Shown here in pieces: positions 42,325 through 56,720 of a stretch of DNA of 64,000 bases. The stretch lies in the NCBI RefSeq assembly GCF_009914755.1, contig NC_060947.1; one strand, 5' to 3'. Made by a program: the position numbers and the translations under genes. This DNA is from the human T2T-CHM13v2.0 reference genome, Homo sapiens. Numbering within the stretch: position 1 is the first letter of the stretch; every line of letters begins with the position of its first letter. The notes beneath the pieces are model-generated. The model was given only the letters and a program-made list of their open reading frames with translations, searched no databases and was not told the origin of the DNA.

Positions 42325-43800
42325 AATGACATTCCAGTAGCAAGGAGTACACACAGTACCCAAATCTTGATTTCAAATTACCGTTCTTCAATAAGAGTAA
42401 CCAGAACTCCTTGGAGAAATGACTGATTCCAGGACTGGGACAGGGGAAATACAAGAAGAGCCTGAAACAACTTGTGGCATCAGAAAGTAAAAGTGCTAAA
42501 AAATTGTGGGGACATGTTGAAAGGACATGGGAGCCAACTCAAAGGAACTCTCAATAGCCAAATCTGGGACAATATATGCAACAAAACAAACAATGAAGTA
42601 ATACAATAAGATAAATAGAACAAGACAAATATCCACAAATACATACTACTATAAACAAATAATTGAATAAGATAATAAATGAAAGAAGAAGGAAAAGTTT
42701 TTTTCATAGAATTTCCATTAGTAAACATAGAAGGAATGATGAAAATAGAAAACCATCACTTGGAAAACACTATAGTAATAGTTATTTCAGGCAAGAATTA
42801 TTAATAGATGTTAAAATTAATGGGCGAAAGCTTAAGCAAAAATAAGATGTTAGCATAGCTTAAATGTATCTCCCCCCAAATATTTACTAAATACAATGGG
42901 AAAATAGTGACTTTGCAGTGGAGAAATCTGGCTGACACTACCTTAACCAAATTAACTTCATTGGTAATGGGGTAAATTGACATCATGTGCCACCTGATAT
43001 GATGCACTGAGAAGGGAAGAGTACCATTTCTATGGTTTTCTTGCCAAAAATGCATTACCTGAATTTAATCATACAGAACCATTATTCAAACTCAAATTGA
43101 GGAATATTATACAATATAACTGGCTGCTACTTTTCAAAGGTGTCAAATTCATGAAAGACAAAGAAAGATTGACAACCTATGTCAGTTTGGAGAAGACTAA
43201 TGAATCATAACAACTATATGTCAGGCAGGATCCTAGATGGGATCCTAGCCCAGAAAAAAGACATCGGTGGGACAACAACATGATAATGAAATCTAAATAA
43301 AGTTTGTATAGTTAGTAGTATTGTACCAGTGTTAATATTTTAGTTTTGACAAACGCACCATGTAAGAGGTAACATTAGGGGAAGCTGGGTGAAGGATATA
43401 CAGAAACTCTCTGAACTATCTTTGCTATTTTCTGTAAATCTAAAATAATTTAAATATAAACACTTTATTTAAAATGGAAAAATAATCCAACAACTTTTAA
43501 AATGGTTACATAAAGGAGGAAGGAGGAAACTGGGTAGAGGAGACAGAGATAGGAATTGGGTCTTCTGATAGATCTTGTTTTATAAATTTAACTTTGCAAT
43601 CATGTAAGTGTTTTACATAATTCTAAACAAAATTAAATTTAAAAAGCATGCCCTAAAAATAAAAACCAAAATAAAACAAACAAAACTAAGGGTATAGCAA
43701 GTTAGTGGCAAAACATTGAGAAGAAATATTTCAAACGGCTTTAAGCTACAGTAATTTAACTATTCCTAGTGAGATATACTATGGACAAAAAAAGAAGCTA
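42325..43800 (+). mobile_element. L1MC-type 3'UTR fragments
   Basis: TGACATCATGTGCCACCTGATATGATGCACTGAG; AACATTAGGGGAAGCTGGGTGAAGG. Confidence 0.75.
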
Positions 43801-45649
43801 AAAAATTTGGTTGTATCTTATGGGCCAGAGCTGGATCAGATGGCAACCCTCAGCTGTAAGAGACTATGGAAAAGTATTTGACTTTCCACTCTAGAATGAG
43901 GTGGCAAGGGAGAATGGGGTTGGGAATGGCTTTGGGGTGGCCAATCAGCAGTGCCAGCCAGTGTTATCTATTTGAACAACCTCTTCTCTCTCCACTCACC
44001 TTGGATTGGAGTAGGTAAAATTTTTTCCCAATATCAGATAAAATGGTAATGGCAGCAATGCCTCAGCATCAAGTATTCTATAGCCACCTTACTGAGGTTG
44101 GGGTAGCTGCCATGACACAGTTGGGCCACAAATCTTGAACCATCTCTTCTCTCTCTGACCAATGGAGGAGAAATTCCAAGTTTGTTATCAATGTTTACTA
44201 AGCTGTCATCTACATGCTAACAGTGGAATACTGCTTCTATTACTTATCTTTATGCTGAAGAAAATGTTAAAGACTTTTGCATTTTATAGCAAGGCTCGTG
44301 ATTTTAAAAGAAAGAGTAATATAAGCCTAAAGTATGGAAAGATGCATGATGTGTAAATTCAGACATCATTATGTAAATGCATATGCATGTAATAAATCCA
44401 GAGATGGCTGACGATATTTTAGAAATATTATAGGCCAATTATTTTGACATCCTGCAGGAGTTTGATAAATTGTGAAATATATGTTATAGTATACAGAGTG
44501 GCTTGTTAACGAGATGTCTTTCGCTAGAAAATATTTTAGTGGAGAAACCATCCATCAGCACATTTCCTGCTTTGTTCTCTTAACTTGACTTTACAGGCAC
44601 ATTTAGTGGCAGGCGAAAAAAAAAAATGGGAGGAAGCCTTATATGTTTGCGTAGAGGCTTGTGGTGGTTTCATAAATGTTTTTCTCATTGGATACTTAAA
44701 AAATTCAGTGAAATCTTTGAACCTCAGCTCACGTTCCCATTTTATAAATTAGCAAACAGGGGCTCTTGGAGTTTTAATGATTTGCTCAAGGTCAGGCGGG
44801 AGGCACACCTGGACTAGAAGCCTATATCCATTTAGTGGACTCTGTAACACTTCCATGCTTCTTTCACTCTTTTATCAGATCAGGTTAGTTTGAGATGATC
44901 CAGCACCCTTAGATGAGTGAACAAAAGCACACAAAGACTCCAAGATTATTGGTGCCATGTCAAGAGATGGAGTGTAATGCTAAAGATAAAAGGTGCATTT
45001 TTAGCTAATGCCTGGGTGGCAAATTGCTAAGTGGGTAAAAATCAAATCTCCCAAAGACTCTTCTATCACTACTGTTTCTGCAGGTGACTGGGGACAGTGT
45101 TTCTATTCAGAAATGCATGTTGATGGCAAAGTGTCAGAGTGTCAATGCAGTGAGAGCATCAGGAGATTACTGATCTGTTGGGTGACATAGGATGAATCAC
45201 TTCACCTGTCTGGGCCTCAGAGTGGATTATTTCTCAGGTTCATACATAGTTCTAATATTCCATAATTCCTTACTTGGACTTGCAGTGAAGATGAGAAAAT
45301 TCTAAACCAGGGGACTGTTAAGAATTCAGCTGTTTATGCCATAGATTTCTTTGTGGACATATGGGCCTCACCTGCAGAGTTTAAGGACTGACAGAGAATT
45401 TTCAGTTCCCATTAGTAACTGGAGAGTACAGCTGAATTAATGAAGCTAATACCTTTGCTAGGAATTTTAAATAGTACACTTAGTGCTTTCTCTGTTGGCC
45501 TCTCCAAAGTGTCATGAATGATTTTGTAAGTGTAACGTGTGACATGACGAAATGTGTTACCAAAGGGTAAAGTGTGACGTGGGTAGGAGAACAATACTCT
45601 GGCAGACACAGTGGCCACATGTAGGAATCACTTGGGGAGCTTTTTCAGA

Positions 45650-46360
45650 TCATTTGTAATTGAGGTTTAAAATAATTAATGAATGAGTAAATACACATAC
45701 AGCAAAAATCTTGTGTACAACATAATGAATTTTTACGTATGTATCCATATGTTATTCAGGTCAAGATACAGATCATTCTCAGCACCTCCAAAGAATACCT
45801 CCCATTCAATGCCCTCCTCCAGGGCTTATCACTGTTCTGACCTCTATTATCCTGAAGAGTTCTGCCTGTTTTTGAACTTCATATAAGTAGTACCATATAG
45901 TAGGTATTTGTGTCTGGCTTCTTACCTTCAACATTATAAGATTCATCCATGCTGTTCTATGTATCAGAGGTTTATTCTTTTCCATTGCTGCATAGTATTC
46001 TATGGCATGAATCTACTACACTTTATTTGCCCATTCTGCTGTTCGTGGACATTTAGGCTGTTTTCAATTTTTGTATTATGGTAAATGAAGTTGCTGTGAG
46101 TATTTTGTGCATGTCTTGTGGTGGACGTGAGCACTCATTTTAGTTGGGTGTGGATTGCCTGGGTCATAGGGTAAATGTCTGTTTACTCTATAAGAAACTA
46201 TCAAGAAGTTCTCCACAGTGGTCATACCAATTGACATTCTCACATCCCACCTGCAGTGTAAGAGAGTTCCAGTAGCTACACATTCTTGCCAACATTTGGT
46301 ATTGCCCCCACCCCACCTGTCTTTTAATTTTTGCTATTTGGTTGGTGTGTAGTTGACTGT
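45650..46360 (-). mobile_element. L1ME/MB 3' fragment
   Basis: AGATTCATCCATGCTG; GGATTGCCTGGGTCATAGGGTA. Confidence 0.75.
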
Positions 46361-46921
46361 GAACTATTAAGAATATCGATGTTTGAGCCCTACCCCAGCC
46401 AATTGCCTCATAATTTCTGAAGGTGGGTCCAGACATACGTATCATTTGGAATCTCACTTGGTGATTCTATGCACAGTGAGGGTAAAGGCCTCTGTGTCCC
46501 AGCGTTAAGGCCTAGGCTTGTTTCTCTCTTATCATCTTAGTCCCAAAGAGGCAAATCCATTTATTGCCCCAAATAGGTAAATCATTCCTTGTCCACAGAT
46601 CTGAAAAGGAACTGAGGTTTTTCTTCTGGGTTTTTGCCTTCTAGTTCTCCTTTTCTTTTGTTCTCCAGAAGTCAGGGAGTACAGGGCCTTTCCTCCTCCC
46701 TCTGGTAAATCCAGCTAGTGGAACAAAGTTGTCATCAGTTAAACTCACGGAGGATCAAATTAATTGCCTTATTCCTCTCCCAATCCCTGAACATTGGAAT
46801 GGAAGGCTTTGTCCTATGCTAATAGATTTTATTCATTAGGAAATGTAAAGTGTGAGGATGGGGCAGAGAACTCTTTCAGGGCTCCTGACAGCAACTTACC
46901 ACAAGGATAGCCACATTCTTA

Positions 46922-46983
46922 CTAGATTGGTGCAAAAGTAATTGAGGTTGGCAAAAACCGCAATTACTTTTGCACCAACCTAA
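46922..46983. mobile_element. MADE1 (Hsmar1-derived MITE), internally shortened
   Basis: Inverted repeats TTGGTGCAAAAGTAATTG / CAATTACTTTTGCACCAA. Confidence 0.93.
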
Positions 46984-47659
46984 TAACTTCTTACAGTACA
47001 GAAATTTACCTCCTTTTGGCATTTCTCTACCTGATTATGCTGAAGGACCATCATTCTCTTTTCCATCTTTTAGTGTTTTGAATTGACCTCACTTAAAAGA
47101 AATTTTACAAGCAACATGTCCCATTTCATTGATTCATCTGAATTAATAAGAACAGCTAGTATTTATTTAGCAGTTACTGTGGGCATGATCCCCTGCTATG
47201 TGCTATGCATGCATTCTCTTTTAAAACAAGTCAATGAGCTCGGGAGCTGTTATCAAGCACATTTGACAGATGAGGAAACAGGATTTGAGACCTAACATAA
47301 CTGGGATTCAAACCCTTGCATTCTGACTTCAGAGATGAAACTGTTAATCACTAATTTTACAACCTGAGGTTTGAGAGCTGTTTATGGCTTAGCATATGAA
47401 AGACAGGCTATGGACTTCTCTGAGTTATAGGTCTCTTGGAAAGAAAAATGTCAGGTAATGGCGGTGTCTTAAATTATGGAGCAACAAGGAATGGAAGAAG
47501 GGTCAAATGCGGCCTTTATATATCCTTAAAGGATTGCCACTCAGCCTGATTAATTTTCAGAAGAGAATAAAAGAGAACAGAAAAAGCAACTGGGAAGTCA
47601 TACAACCTTTTTCATTCTTCACTCTTTGTAGATGATGTTATCCAGGACTGGAACTAAAC

Positions 47660-47768
47660 CTCTAAATGGGGATGACTCCAAAATTTTTATCCAGCATAAT
47701 TCTTGAGTTCCTCCAACTGCTTACTTGATCCCCTCACTTGGATGTCTCACAGGCACCTCAAATATAAC
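47660..47768 (+). mobile_element. L2, left part (host of the provirus)
   Basis: CACTTGGATGTCTCACAGGCACCTCAAA; continues at 55925. Confidence 0.75.
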
Positions 47769-48287
47769 TGTAGGGGAAGAATAAACTCCATATCATCTTA
47801 GTTGGAATGGGCCCCTTTAACAAAAAACAGATTAACAAGAGAAAAACAGACAGAAGTTCATTAACATGTATATTTCACAAATACATAGGAGACACCCAGG
47901 GAATGAATAGTTCTCAAAGAAGTGACTTCAAGTTGCAGCTTATATAGCATCTTCAACAAAGAACAGTAAATTTCTGGAGAAGTGAAAAGACCAAAGAAAA
48001 AGTCTTTGAGTCTCTAAGACAAATAACTGGCAGAAAACGGCTAGTTAATGTAGAGTTCTCTGTTACCATCTTCAGGCCAATAAGGGTCTAGAGTTGTCTT
48101 CAGTGGTTAACCTTTGTTCTCCCTGGTAGAGAGGGGAGGCAGGATACCTTTTGTCTTTGTAAATCTATGTCTTGCTTTTAGGCAAATAGAGGGAGGGCAG
48201 AGAGCTTTCTTTACTCCATCTGCTTCTTAATTGTCTTTAGCTCAATAGTCCTTCAAATTTGGGGACAGCATAGTTTAGTCTCCCATA
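47769..48287 (-). mobile_element. 3' LTR of MER34-like provirus
   Basis: Homologous to 55400-55920; preceded on the minus strand by PPT-like AATGGGGGGAC. Confidence 0.85.
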
Positions 48288-48440
48288 GTCCCCCCATTGA
48301 AACTTTATTTTTAGAAAGTTTGCACATATTAAAAGTAGGATTATTAGCCATGGAAAGACTTGGGTTAGAAGTTGCCAAATAAGGGATTGGCAAAGGGAGA
48401 GAAAAGCATAGATTGGAACAAGCAGAAAAGAACAAACTTG

Positions 48441-48776
<336 letters not shown>

Positions 48777-49355
48777 TCATTTCTTATTGAATCAGTCTCA
48801 GTCCTGAGAATAGATCAGTTCAGTTAAATAGTTGTGTTTCATTTGAAGAAGTGGTATTTCAGGTGAGCTCCTATCAAAGTTAGGCCTCTATAGTGTGTGA
48901 GCAAACAGGTATTTAATAAGAGGCATTTCTATGGAAACAAAAGAAAAACAACGGTTAATAGAACAAACTATAAACTCAGTTTTTAATTCCAGATGGCAGC
49001 CAATTGAGATTTCTAGGTCTGAGCACAAAGTGTCTTTAGTTGGACTGAGGGCAGGCAGTGGCAATTTGATGGATTTTTCTGGTTTGCAGTTTGCATGAGG
49101 TATTCTGGTAAACTTTCTTCATGGCCCATAACAGCAATAAGCATGAAGGTTGCCCATACCTAAACTGTTGTGGTGGTTTCTTTGAAGTCTATATCAAGTC
49201 ATCCAGCTTCAGCTTGCAGGGCTTTGAGAAAAGGGCAGTTTTTGTTCTTAGCGATTCTAAGTTAGAAAGATGGAAGAAAGTTAGAAATGTTAGTTTGGAG
49301 AGTCGCAATTAGATATTGGAGGAAACTAAAAGAATTCAGGATCCAGTTTAGTTTA

Positions 49356-49559
<204 letters not shown>

Positions 49560-50306
49560 GCTAGAGTCTAATAATGACTGTACTACAGTCTTCTTCTGAA
49601 ACATATTTTCCTCTCTGTATGGTCACCCCCATTTTTGCCAAAGACAATCGGAGTAGGATTAATTTATTTGCAAAATAAGTCTAGTCTCATTAAACTTGGC
49701 CTGATTATTTATATAAGTGCAGCAAGAATAGTGATTGACCATCTACACTCCGCTTTCCTGGAAGATTTCATATGAAATCTCAGGTTAAACTTTTAAAAGC
49801 CTCTTGAGGCTAAGAAACCAAGCCTAGGACTTGCCATCAGACTTTGCCTGCAATGCTTATTGATTTGGGTGAATTCCTCTCTTCTTTCTGTCTCCAAGGT
49901 ATCTTGAGGTTCCTGGGCCTTCTAGGAAGTGGCATTCTTTACCCACCTGTAACGCTGGAAACGCATTTAAATTGGGTACCAAGGCAGTTTTTCTGGGGGG
50001 TCAGGGAATGGTTATTGTCTCCATGAAGTTAACCTTAGTTCCTTAAAAACTGATCATATCTAGTTCTATGCACATTCTCAAATATGACGTTCTAGTCAAA
50101 TGCCTTGGTAATATAATCAATGTTTCCAATTATGTCCTGTTAAAAAAGAAAACAGATTCTTATTGAACTTATGCAAATAACTACATTGCCATAAAAACAG
50201 AATACCCACTAATAGCTTCTGAATTCTGGAGGGATCAGGTAGGGAGAAAAAGTCAATATTTTAATTCTCTTTACAAAAGTATAATTTGCCAAATTGTTAT
50301 AAGCTA

Positions 50307-50633
<327 letters not shown>

Positions 50634-51684
50634 CTAGAAAAACATTAAAGAATCAGTGCAGTTTTAAACAACAAGTTTACAAGAAAACATAATTCTTTTT
50701 CAACAGTTCATTTGGTCCCATGTAATTAACTCATATTCTGCTTGATATTGGGTTAGTACTTTTATCAACCAATCAGTTTCTTCATTGGAGTTCTAGAAAT
50801 TCTCCCCAGTTCAATGGTATGATCTTAGAGTTATTAGAAACCTGTACTTGTCAGAGTCCTTTCCATGAATCTCCTTGAAGATGAAACACTTCAGGGTTAT
50901 AGTTGCTTGCAAAAGCTTTCATGAAAGAACCAGAGTAAAACAATTGACGGTGGATGACAAGACTTAAAATGGCAATGGTGAAAGATCAGATAAAAGTTCA
51001 TTATAATGTAATTGGCAAGGAAATTTTATTTCTGTGAAATACAATATTTTGAGATAATAACTAAAATTATGACTGAAAACATTATGTCAGGATGTATCAG
51101 ATTTCTAGGAGTTACATACAGTTACTGAAGTGTCATTTTAGCAACATGTAGAAGCTTTAGCATCACTGGTTATTTGACAATACTTTCCATACAATTTAAC
51201 ATGTAAAATAAACTTAATTAGTTTAACATCTCTCTTTGTATTAATATAAGGAGATAGAACAAATTCTTTTGTGATATTCCTGGGGCCCATCTAAAAAATC
51301 CCAAAGTTAATTTGAGGTTAAAAAGACTTAATTTAGAATTTGCCTTTGGGAGGTTGTCAAAAATGTCAAAAAGTTTAAAACAGTTGATTAAAGAAGATCA
51401 CAGGTCACTTGTGAAACAATAGTCATTCATGTAACCAGAGTGATAATTAAAAGACTTCAAAGGCAAATACAGAAAGTTAAATAGTTGTAGAAAAAAACCT
51501 TGGCTATTTTAGTAGAGGGGACTCAGTTTTCTTAAGTCACCAAAGACCTGATAAAAGACAACATGAAGCAAAGGAAATTATTTTGATAAGACATAAAATC
51601 TTTGTTTTCTAGCCAGCTCACTCAAAAGGTAAAGAAAACCTTTCAAGAGAAGACCAATGCTCCAAAAAACCTTTGTCCTTTTAA

Positions 51685-52040
<356 letters not shown>

Positions 52041-52648
52041 TATTAAGGCTCATTTTTAAAACATTTATAATACATTAATTCCATTTTAGCCATGAGATAT
52101 TCTCTCTCTTTATCTCTCTCTTCCAGCTTTCTATATGCATTCAGTTTTTGTCCTTCATTCTCCTTTTTCATCCTAAAACAATCTGTCAGCCTATTTTAGC
52201 ATAGAATTCATTACTCTCTTTTCTTTAGCAAAAATATATCCTCATACCTTACAACTTTCCTTATCAAAAATACATCTTATCTTCCTTGTATATAGAGCTG
52301 TTTCTCTTATAATTTCTAGTAGTTTTAATCACATGTATTAATTCGAATTCTTAACTCTTAGTCATTTTAATTTCTAAAAGTATGTGCTCCCTCATATTAC
52401 CATTTTTCAATGTGGCACAGGACATGTTTGCTAATAGGCTCAAATATCTTTAGTTCTTCTTATAATAAGATGCCAAAAGTGGTAAAGCTTATGTAAGCAA
52501 TTATCAGCATTTTATCTTATTTGGAAATGGTCTAGATATTCAATAGGTATCTGCTATTTAACTTACTGACACTCTAAGGGTGTAAGTTACCAAAGAGATT
52601 TGGAAATCTGCTTTTAAATAGACATATTATAAAATATAATTAACGTTA

Positions 52649-52998
<350 letters not shown>

Positions 52999-54414
52999 AA
53001 AAAGCACATTTATAAATTCCATCCCACTTACATCTATTTAATTTACCTATTCATAACAATTATGCTTGGATTGCTCATGAAAATTTCATGAGACATTACA
53101 CAAAGCTAGCCATCATCTCAAGTTATTTCCCTCTTAACTTTTTTACAGCATGTGCATGTTAGGCAGTCATCACCAAAGCAAGAACCTGAAAGTTAAATAC
53201 ATGTTTTTTTTCTGCTGTGCTTGATATACATGGAGTAATGAGCACTACACATCCACTTGCACATTTGTTCTTAGGTTGATCTCATAGTTTCATAATCTTA
53301 AACCTCTAGTAAAGATAACATAAACTTATTTGAGTAGTGAATCCAGGTAGAACAAGAATAAAAATGTTAATTTTCATATTATTTTTAAAGCGGATAACTT
53401 GTAAGACACAGCTGTTTTTATTAAACCAACAATGTTGAACTAGTCTTATTTACTAAAGATTTACCCATGTCATGTGAACTTGAAAAGTTTTTGGGTTAGT
53501 TCCTATATTTCTAGAAGTTTTAAGAATATGTAATTTACACTTATTTTTCTTTAAGCCAACTAAATAGGGCTCTTTTACAAATTAATTTTGGCAATACCAT
53601 CTGCAGGTAGAAAATATGCATACATAACACAGAAACATATACACATATGTAAACATACCTACACATCCAGATAGGCACAAAGACCTTATAGTTTTCATGC
53701 TAAAACTTTAACTATGTGCCAGGTACAGTAATACAAAAGTCACTAGCTTATAAAAGAAAAGCTGGAACCAAATTATGTTTTTGGCAAATGGGACAAATTA
53801 AGGTTACCTGCTCAGATAGCCAAAGCTTTTTCTAATATTTGTGGAAAACACCTTTGAGGTTTTTCATTTGCCCAATTTCCAGAAAGCTTTTTTCCTTCTG
53901 ATGAGTCATCTCACTGAAGTTAGCACTTTAAAAGGGATGGCTCTCAGTTAAGATGAGGTAGAAAATTCAGTTTCAAAGGCACACACAAAGAATACAAGCT
54001 TTCCTCCAAGAAGGAGTCTTGGGGCAAATTGCTTAACATCAGAGGTCAATCCCATGGAGGCTGTGGACTAAATTTTAGGTACCAGTTTATTTCTAATTAA
54101 TCTTTTTCCTTTTCAGCTTCAAGTAGTTGCTTTTTGCGGCCCCAAAGTCCTTGGAGAGCTGGATCCTAAAGTCCAAGTGACTGAGGCTTAGAGGAACCAA
54201 TCTGGGGAGATCTTAAGTTTTCTAAAGGAGCCAATGAAGTTCCATATTGTTCTTAAGAAAAATTGTGCCCACAAGAAAAGAAGCAGACAGAGGGGTCAGA
54301 TAACATAGTCAGCAGGGATTGAAGAAGAGGGGTTTCAGTTCACAAAGAAGTTCTTACAGGAGAAGCAGTATCAGATGGAGAGAACAGAGTGGCCTCTTAA
54401 AGAAAATTGCTTCT

Positions 54415-54665
54415 GCTGGGTGTGGTGGCTCACACCTGTAATCCCAGCACTTTGGGAGGCCGAGGCGGGTGGATCACAAGGTCAAGAGATCGAGACCAGC
54501 CTGGCCAAATAGCAAAATCCCATCTCTACTAAAAACACAAAAATTAGCCAGGCGTGGTGGCGGGCGCCTGTAACCTCAGCTGCTCGGGAGGCTGAAGCAG
54601 GAGAATCACTTGAGGTCAGTCAGGCCATTGCACTCCAGCCTGGGCTACAGAGCGAGACTCTGTCT

Positions 54666-54698
<33 letters not shown>

Positions 54699-54702
54699 AG
54701 AA
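54415..54702 (+). mobile_element. AluSc with right-arm deletion
   Basis: GGTCAAGAGATCGAGACC diagnostic; TSD AAGAAAATTGCT. Confidence 0.92.
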
Positions 54703-55399
54703 AATTGCTCCTTTCAAGCTCTGATGATCAGAAACCAAACTTTTAAGTGAAACTTTCTAAACCAAAGGCATATCTACCAAGTGACTCTAGACTAAAACCA
54801 ATAAGCTTTTTATGGCTTAACCACAGGCATAAAAGGCATCTCCAAACAGGTGAAAAGACGCAGCCCTCTCAAGATCCAGAGCCACTCCCAAAGACAGTCG
54901 GAAGAAAGAAAGACTTAGACTCTTTGAGAGCTGGCAACAGTCAGTATACTAGCTGCAAATGGGGTACAACCCACATTTATATCCAGCCTTTCGGTGGGCT
55001 GCCTGCATATGCAGGACTGATAACCCATGTGCCCTCAACAGGCAAAAAGCCAAGCCAAGTTCTCAGGAAATAAAATGAGACAAAAGGGAAAATAATAGCT
55101 GTCCATGGGAGGGAAGAGATCAATAACAAACGTATGCCCCAAGACCAAAAGTCACAATTCAAGCTAATTCTCATAAAAGTTTTTCTCCTGCCAATCTGAA
55201 TTTGAAAAGAAAGGGCCAGGAGAAATTTTTGCCTCCTTCTCTCAACTGAGCACTATAGACAGAGAGAGATCTAGGAGAGCTGACTTTGGTAACAATTTCT
55301 TACCCTTTTGCTAGCTTCAGCCAGTTTTCTGAGGATCCTATCTACAGGCCCTGGAACGAGTGGGATGTCCCAGAAAAGTCTCACCTTCATCGCTGGAAC

Positions 55400-55920
55400 G
55401 GTAAAGGAAGAATAACCCTTATAGGTTCTTAGTTGGATTCGACCCCTTTGACAAAAGACAGATTAACAAGAGAAAAACAGAACTTTTAAAACATGTATAT
55501 TTTCCATGTACATAGGAGACACCCAGAAAGTGAGGAGTTCTCAAAGAGGTGGCTTTGAATTCCAGCTTAAATAGCATCTTCAGTAAAGAATAGTAAACTT
55601 TTAGAGAAATTAAAAGTCAAAGGAAAAGGATCTTGAATCTCTATGGGTGTGGCAACTTGTGGAAAGGCAAACTGCAGTTAAAGGCTAGTAAGTAAAGCTC
55701 TGGTACCATCTCTTGGCCAGTATGGATCTGCCATTTTCTTCAGTGATTAATCTTTGTTTTTCTTGGTAGAAGGGGTGGAGGCAGGATACCTTTTGTCTTC
55801 GTAAATCTATATCCTGCTTTTAGGCAAGTAGAGGGAGGGCAGAGAGCTTTCCTGCATCTGCTTCTTCTTAATTATCTTCAGCTCAACAATCCTTCATATT
55901 TGGTGTTCTGGTCCCCCATA
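55400..55920 (-). mobile_element. 5' LTR of MER34-like provirus
   Basis: Minus strand starts TATGGGGGACCAGAACACCAAATATGAAGGATTGTTGAGCTGAAG; degenerate PBS-like sequence follows at ~55380-55399. Confidence 0.85.
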
Positions 55921-55924
55921 TAAC

Positions 55925-56720
55925 ATTGCCTGGAATGGAATTTTTGACTCCCTCTCCTGTCCCCCAGTAATCTGTTCCTCTTATAGTATGCTGTACTCAG
56001 TAAATCTCACCTTCACCCACCACAACTTAAGCCCCAAACTGGAGTAACCTTGTCATTTCCCCTTTCCTTCTCTCACATTATACCATCACTAAGTCCTATT
56101 GATTCTGGTTCTAAAATATATCCCAATTCTATCCCAACTGTCTGCTTGAATCCTGGCTCTCTTATCATGGGAAAGTTTCTTGAACTCTGTTCCTCAGTTT
56201 CCTCATCTGTAAAATGTAGTCGATAGTACCTACCAAATAGGTTGTTGTGAGGAAAGTTAGCATTATTCTTTCTCAAAACCACACACTTGTCCAAGTCACA
56301 ATGATCTCTTCCTTGGGCTTCTGTAATCACCTCGTAACTGGTCTCCCTACAACCACTGATGTCCTTAGGACCCATCCTGTAAAGCAGTGGATCTCAACTG
56401 GGGCAATACTGTCCCCTAGGGGACACTTGGACATGCCTGGAGACATTTTTGCTTGTCACAACTGGGGAAGGCGTTACTACTGGCATCTAGTGGGTAGAGG
56501 CCAGGGATGCTGCTAAGCCTCCTACAATGTACAGGACAGCCTCCCACAACAAACAATTATCTGGCCCCAAATATCAATAGTGCCCACGTTGAGAAACTCT
56601 GCTCTAAAATGATGATCTTTCTTAAACACAAATAAAGTCAGTCTGTTCCCCTGTTTGCATCCACCCAGTAATTCCCCATAGCTCTTGGATAAAGCCCAAA
56701 TCCTTAACATGGCACCCCCA
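55925..56720 (+). mobile_element. L2, right part, with nested MIR (~56140-56260)
   Basis: L2 continuation after the TSD; MIR core CCTCAGTTTCCTCATCTGTAAAATG. Confidence 0.7.
56385..56601 (+). mobile_element. MER20
   Basis: CAGTGGATCTCAACTGGGG...GTTGAGAAACTCTG. Confidence 0.9.
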
